A DNA stretch of 10,890 bases from Candidatus Hodarchaeota archaeon (GTDB lineage Archaea > Asgardarchaeota > Heimdallarchaeia > Hodarchaeales > Hodarchaeaceae): NCBI GenBank assembly GCA_016839785.1, contig JAEOTQ010000190.1:1-10890 (forward strand), written 5' to 3'. A program made the position numbers and the translations under genes. Below are positions 7,249 to 10,890 of this stretch, one piece after another. Position 1 is the stretch's first letter. Each line of letters opens with the position of its first letter. The notes beneath the pieces were generated by a model, which was not told the DNA's origin, did no database searches, and saw only the letters and a program-made list of their open reading frames with translations.

Positions 7249-7994
7249 TCAGTTCTTAAAAATATATTCATTGCTCTTTGCAAGGCTTTGCTGAATTCGT
7301 GCTCCATTGGAAAAATCTTCGTTTTGTGAGCCATCTCATAAGCTATATTGCAAGAACAGGAAATGGATCCAACGTATTTCATCCCCTCCTTTTGTAATTC
7401 TCCCGCCCAATTTTCGAGATCAACATTCATCTCTACTTCTGGAACTTGGTTAAATAGGACATAAACCTCCCAACTGCTTATCGGTTTGGCTCTCTTGTAA
7501 AGAATCTCAAGCATTATTTTGGTGCCATTTACTTCGTAAGAGTCTGGACGGAGTAATAGAATCGCTTTATTTGACAAAGCAATCAGATTTACTACGATTA
7601 AGTGCCATCCTGGAGGTGTATCGAAAATAATATAGTCGTAGTTCTTTTCGAGGGCGTTAAAGTCTGCTATCATCTGTTTTAGTATAGAGAGAAACCATTC
7701 TTGATCAGAGCTCATGACTTTCTCATTTGGATCGAATTTATTATTTGTAAAAACCACATCTAAATTTGGTTTAACTGCATGTTCAATAATACTATCAAAA
7801 TTGACAGATTCATTGAGATAATCATTGAAATAAGCGTTAGGTTCGCGATCAAAGATATCGAAAAAAGATGGCATCATAAAATCATTTTCTATAAGCAATA
7901 CCCGATTTTTAAGTGACAATAAAAACGCTATATTGACCGCTACAGTGGTTTTCCCCGTTCCTCCCTTATAACTGTGAACCAGTATTTTTTCCAT
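7245..7994 (-). CDS. MinD/ParA-family (SIMIBI) ATPase
   Basis: Deviant Walker A KGGTGKTT right after the N-terminus (MEKILVHSYKGGTGKTT), Walker A' region LIENDFMMP, Walker B YDYIIFDTPPG, and LFNQVP. ATG 7994 has an SD-like GAGGGTGG upstream; the alternative ATG 8018 overlaps the upstream stop as TAATG. Confidence 0.92.
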   Translation of the reverse strand: MEKILVHSYKGGTGKTTVAVNIAFLLSLKNRVLLIENDFMMPSFFDIFDREPNAYFNDYLNESVNFDSIIEHAVKPNLDVVFTNNKFDPNEKVMSSDQEWFLSILKQMIADFNALEKNYDYIIFDTPPGWHLIVVNLIALSNKAILLLRPDSYEVNGTKIMLEILYKRAKPISSWEVYVLFNQVPEVEMNVDLENWAGELQKEGMKYVGSISCSCNIAYEMAHKTKIFPMEHEFSKALQRAMNIFLRTD

Positions 7995-8017
7995 AATAGA
8001 AATCCACCCTCTCATCA

Positions 8018-8554
8018 TTAATGTGCATAATAATAAATTTTCCCTTGTGACTCTCTGAAATCGAGGAGTGCATCTCTCATGAATTTTTCAATATGTTCAC
8101 GGATAATATCTGGATCTATTTTCAGGTATTCCATCAGATCCTCTATTGTCACTCCTGGTACCTTTTGTAATTGTAACTCGATTAAAGCAACAGCAGTATC
8201 ATTTTCCTCTTGAGAAAGAGTTTGTCGCATGCTCCAGTTCTTCAAACTCCATTCTTTTTTTAAAGTTGTCAAAAACTCACTTATAGCTCGCTTGATGAAG
8301 TCATCAGTACTTGTTATTGCGTAACGTACTTTAATATGGGGACTAGAGATTATCTTATGGATTTCATTGTACAAATCTTCGTCGATTTCTAATGTCATTC
8401 CATGATAGACTTTATTGACACAGAAACGTAGCACCTCGGCTTTATTCTTCAGTTTAAATTCTTCTTGAATGCTTTGAAACTTTTCCGTATCCTCTATATC
8501 GAGATCCACCCGAATTGGAAACTTTCGTTGTTTTTCATGATTACTAGACAACAT
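8018..8554 (-). CDS. predicted DNA-binding protein: two ribbon-helix-helix-like units plus a C-terminal winged helix
   Basis: aa 12-50 (FPIRVDLDIEDTEKFQSIQEEFKLKNKAEVLRFCVNKVY) and aa 53-95 (MTLEIDEDLYNEIHKI...STDDFIKRAISEFL) fit the strand-helix-turn-[SN]xx[DE]x[IL][RK]x[AC][IV] RHH pattern. aa 113-178 (LSQEE..GVTIEDLMEYLKIDPDIIREHIEKF..LLDFRESQGKIYYYA) fit a wHTH. The CDS is well supported; the domain calls are by pattern recognition only. Confidence 0.7.
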   Translation of the reverse strand: MLSSNHEKQRKFPIRVDLDIEDTEKFQSIQEEFKLKNKAEVLRFCVNKVYHGMTLEIDEDLYNEIHKIISSPHIKVRYAITSTDDFIKRAISEFLTTLKKEWSLKNWSMRQTLSQEENDTAVALIELQLQKVPGVTIEDLMEYLKIDPDIIREHIEKFMRDALLDFRESQGKIYYYAH

Positions 8555-8739
8555 GCACACCAAGGTTTTGTATTTAGAACATATTTTCCATTAATTTCGT
8601 AAAATAATATATGTTATTATTACACAACATGTCCATGGTAAAACTTATAAGTATCATTGTTTTACAATATTTACCATTAAGATGTAATGGTTTCTTATAT
8701 CTTAATGAACAAAGAAAAGACATGGAGGCAAATAGAAAA
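8555..8739. promoter_or_regulatory. divergent promoter region with palindromic TATA-like element and operator-like repeats
   Basis: ACTTATAAGT perfect palindrome (8643-8652) behind purine-rich GGTAAA. ATTGT-N3-ACAAT (8656-8668). ACCATTA-N5-TAATGGT (8673-8691). Direct repeat ATATTT[T/A]CCATTAA (8581-8594 and 8667-8680). SD GGAGG at 8724-8728. Confidence 0.55.
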
Positions 8740-9276
8740 ATGAGGAAAAAATTATCTGTTCTGGTTCTATCTGTTTTCATTTTAATGCTATTGCCAGCAA
8801 TATCAGGAAGTGCAAAAAAACCTCTTATAGGTACAATGAGCTTGGAATATAATCTGCTTTGGCCTGGATACCAAGCTGATATACCTGATTGGATAGGAAC
8901 TATCACCCTAGATACTGACGGTGATGGCATAAATGAAGAATATGGTATGGTATTCTTCTGCATTGGAACAGGAAAACCGTTTGACACAGATGTCAGAGGA
9001 AATGTAGTGTTTTTTGGGGAAATTTGGGCCATCTATGACTATGTCGTGTTCGATTTCGAGACCCAATATTTCGAACACGGTGATGTAGTCCTATTGGGGA
9101 CTGATGAAGGAACAGTTTCTCTTAAAAACAGTAAATATAGAATGAACGGCGTTGTAACAGAGACTAATGATGAATGTTCAAAATGGCTAGGTCGCAGTGT
9201 GCATATGAATGGCATTATTGAATGGGACCCATTTGGAGCTCCTCAATATGCTCCTGGTACATTTAGAATAAACTGA
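8740..9276 (+). CDS. secreted beta-rich hypothetical protein with a DTDGDG loop
   Basis: ATG 8740 follows GGAGG (8724-8728) and gives a clean signal peptide, MRKKLSVLVLSVFILMLLPAISGSA. The mature part has alternating beta-strand patterns. The tracked start at 8611 runs through the promoter region. Confidence 0.8.
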   Translation: MRKKLSVLVLSVFILMLLPAISGSAKKPLIGTMSLEYNLLWPGYQADIPDWIGTITLDTDGDGINEEYGMVFFCIGTGKPFDTDVRGNVVFFGEIWAIYDYVVFDFETQYFEHGDVVLLGTDEGTVSLKNSKYRMNGVVTETNDECSKWLGRSVHMNGIIEWDPFGAPQYAPGTFRIN

Positions 9277-9299
9277 TATGACCAAAGAATAACTGAAAC

Positions 9300-9335
9300 A
9301 TCTCCTGGTATTAACCAGGAGATTCCTTCTTTTTT
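9300..9335 (+). terminator. stem-loop plus T-tract terminator
   Basis: Perfect 10-bp stem ATCTCCTGGT (9300-9309), loop ATTA, ACCAGGAGAT (9314-9323), then TCCTTCTTTTTT. It begins 23 nt after the stop codon. Confidence 0.75.
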
Positions 9336-9375
9336 CTCTCTCCTGTGATCGTATTATGAAAGGATTGATGAAAAG

Positions 9376-10515
9376 ATGAAAAAAAACACAAAAACGAGTC
9401 TTTTACTCGTAATATTTGTATTGTCGTTTATAATGGGATTTATTACATTCGATAAGGGAAATACAAATTCCAACGATGTTATCTATGTATCTCCTTCTGG
9501 AGATACAACAGGTGTGACTGATGCCGACAATATCGAAGATGCGCTTCTTGCTGTTGCTGCTGGTGGCACTGTTGTTCTAAGTGAGGGCCACTTTTACACC
9601 AGTCGCTCACTTACTATTTTTAATTTCCATGGAACATTGAAGGGGCAAGGTAAAGATGACACAATTATCGAAATCGTGAGAAGTGGACCTGATGAAGGTC
9701 AAGGATTTGAACCAGCTTGGGATCCTTTTTATCTCGCTTACATACCTTGTGTGCTCTATTTTATATCACCTGATGGAGATTTAAAAATAAGCGATCTTAC
9801 TGCACAGGTTATTGAATCCAGTCCATGTGAACCGTGGACTATACCCTGGGATCCCATAGAAACAACTGCTGTGGCTAACTTCTTTTGGATTTCAGACAAT
9901 GCTTTTAATACCGAACTTAAAAATTTGAGGATGAAAGGCGCCCCAGTAGATAATTACTACGGTTATAATATGTTATGGAGCTGTGGTGTGGACTTCAGTG
10001 AAGGCGATGGGCGTACCCATGTTGTTAAGGAATGTGATTTCAAAAATGTTTATACCGCATTAGAGTGTTGGGAAATGACTGGCAATTCGAAAATAAAAAT
10101 CAAAGATAATACTTTCACTAACATGAGTCTTGCAATAGCGGTTGGTAACTTCGAAACGACTAATTCTATGAATGCGATCATCTCAGAGAACACAATCTCT
10201 CATGTTGATTATGGTGGGATCTGGATAGGTGCCACAAACAACCATAGAATCAAAGAAAACGATATTTCAGATTGTGGAGTCCTTGGAATCGTTTTAGCAT
10301 GGGGTTCCTCGAATAATCACATAATTGACAATGAAATTGAAGATTGCGGAGTATTTGGGATTGGTCTGAGGCATGATTCCTCTAATAATCGCATAATTGA
10401 GAATGAAGTCGAAGATAGCGGAGAATATGATTTATTCTGGGATGGTACAGGCGAAGGAAATATCTGGAAAGATAACGAATTCGATACAAAAACACCAAAC
10501 ATTGAGGACAATTAA
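9376..10515 (+). CDS. secreted or anchored right-handed parallel beta-helix protein (pectin lyase fold, NosD/CASH-like repeats)
   Basis: Signal MKKNTKTSLLLVIFVLSFIMGFITF. Typical beta-helix cap VIYVSPSGD..DADNIEDAL..GGTVVLSEGHFY..TLKGQGKDDTII. C-terminal repeats of about 23 aa: SSNNHIIDNEIEDCGVFGIGL, SSNNRIIENEVEDSG. Confidence 0.88.
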   Translation: MKKNTKTSLLLVIFVLSFIMGFITFDKGNTNSNDVIYVSPSGDTTGVTDADNIEDALLAVAAGGTVVLSEGHFYTSRSLTIFNFHGTLKGQGKDDTIIEIVRSGPDEGQGFEPAWDPFYLAYIPCVLYFISPDGDLKISDLTAQVIESSPCEPWTIPWDPIETTAVANFFWISDNAFNTELKNLRMKGAPVDNYYGYNMLWSCGVDFSEGDGRTHVVKECDFKNVYTALECWEMTGNSKIKIKDNTFTNMSLAIAVGNFETTNSMNAIISENTISHVDYGGIWIGATNNHRIKENDISDCGVLGIVLAWGSSNNHIIDNEIEDCGVFGIGLRHDSSNNRIIENEVEDSGEYDLFWDGTGEGNIWKDNEFDTKTPNIEDN

Positions 10516-10528
10516 TTGATACCACGTG

Positions 10529-10555
10529 GGGGAATTCCCCTTATTTTTCTTTTTT
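10529..10555 (+). terminator. GC dyad plus T-rich tract after the beta-helix gene
   Basis: GGGGAATTCCCC palindrome (10529-10540) followed by TTATTTTTCTTTTTT, in the gap between convergent genes. Confidence 0.6.
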
Positions 10556-10599
10556 GAAGTGGGCTTTCATATGTAATCTGAAGGTTACTTAATTTTTAA

Positions 10600-10890
10600 T
10601 TAAAAATTCTTAGGCTTACAGATAGGTACCTTCATTTTCAGGTCAAATAATTTATTAGAATATGAAGGTTTTATGACCCAAGCAGTATCAAGGCCTCTAC
10701 CTGTTCCCGCAACACATATGATTTCAGATGAAGGGTCAACAAGACCCGCATCAGATACCATAATTGCCATTTCTAATGTCACTTTGGTTCCTTCACCAAA
10801 ACAACGTCTTAACGTTATAGCTATCATCTCAATAGGTAACATTGTTTTGGCTTGTGATAAACGAAAACTTCGTTCCAAACCAGCGAAAGC
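10600..10890 (-). CDS. pyruvate kinase C-terminal alpha/beta domain-like protein (AF0103/MTH1675 family); 5' truncated by window edge
   Basis: The frame is open to the window end (AFAGLERSF...). Family motifs: TLRRCFGEGTKVTLEMAIMVSDAG, AGTGRGLDTAWVIKP and FDLKMKVPICKP. Confidence 0.85.
   Translation of the reverse strand, partial: AFAGLERSFRLSQAKTMLPIEMIAITLRRCFGEGTKVTLEMAIMVSDAGLVDPSSEIICVAGTGRGLDTAWVIKPSYSNKLFDLKMKVPICKPKNF

Noticed and set aside
7245-8554. Toxin-antitoxin or plasmid/prophage assignment for the RHH-ATPase pair
   Set aside because: The partner is a Walker-type SIMIBI ATPase, not a toxin fold, and no integrase, Rep gene, att site or transposase is visible in the window.
8574-9032. 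152-aa minus-strand ORF
   Set aside because: It is antisense to the better-supported secreted protein (SD, signal peptide, terminator), runs through the promoter region and has no recognisable motif.
10522-10540. CCACGTGG and GGGGAATTCCCC resemble eukaryotic E-box and NF-kB sites
   Set aside because: The context is prokaryotic, and the position just after a stop codon and before a T-tract fits a terminator; the resemblance is coincidental.
10600-10890. Pyruvate kinase (pyk)
   Set aside because: The motifs match the stand-alone PK_C-like AF0103/MTH1675 family rather than the C-terminus of true pyruvate kinase, so no gene symbol was assigned.

Overview
AT-rich prokaryotic window, probably archaeal. 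An Asgard/Heimdallarchaeia-like origin is an inference from GGTGA/GGAGG SD motifs, oligo-T terminators, a GF-TM-basic C-terminal sorting tail, sequon-rich surface proteins and an AF0103/MTH1675-type gene. Left to right: (1) a 5'-truncated extended SDR epimerase/dehydrogenase and a 3-hydroxyacyl-CoA dehydrogenase-family gene; (2) an orphan, apparently circularly permuted family-5 ABC solute-binding protein, 8 nt upstream of a 1172-aa single-pass receptor-like protein (signal segment, 14 WD40 repeats, 7 DxDxDG Ca-binding motifs, TM helix, TPR/helical tail); (3) a convergent two-gene unit encoding a predicted RHH-RHH-winged-helix DNA-binding protein and a MinD/ParA-family ATPase, behind a divergent intergenic region rich in dyads; (4) a secreted beta-rich hypothetical protein and a secreted right-handed beta-helix protein; (5) a 5'-truncated PK_C-like protein. 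No RNA genes, CRISPR arrays or mobile elements were seen. The best candidates for undescribed systems are the SBP plus WD40 receptor pair and the RHH2-wHTH plus ParA/MinD pair.
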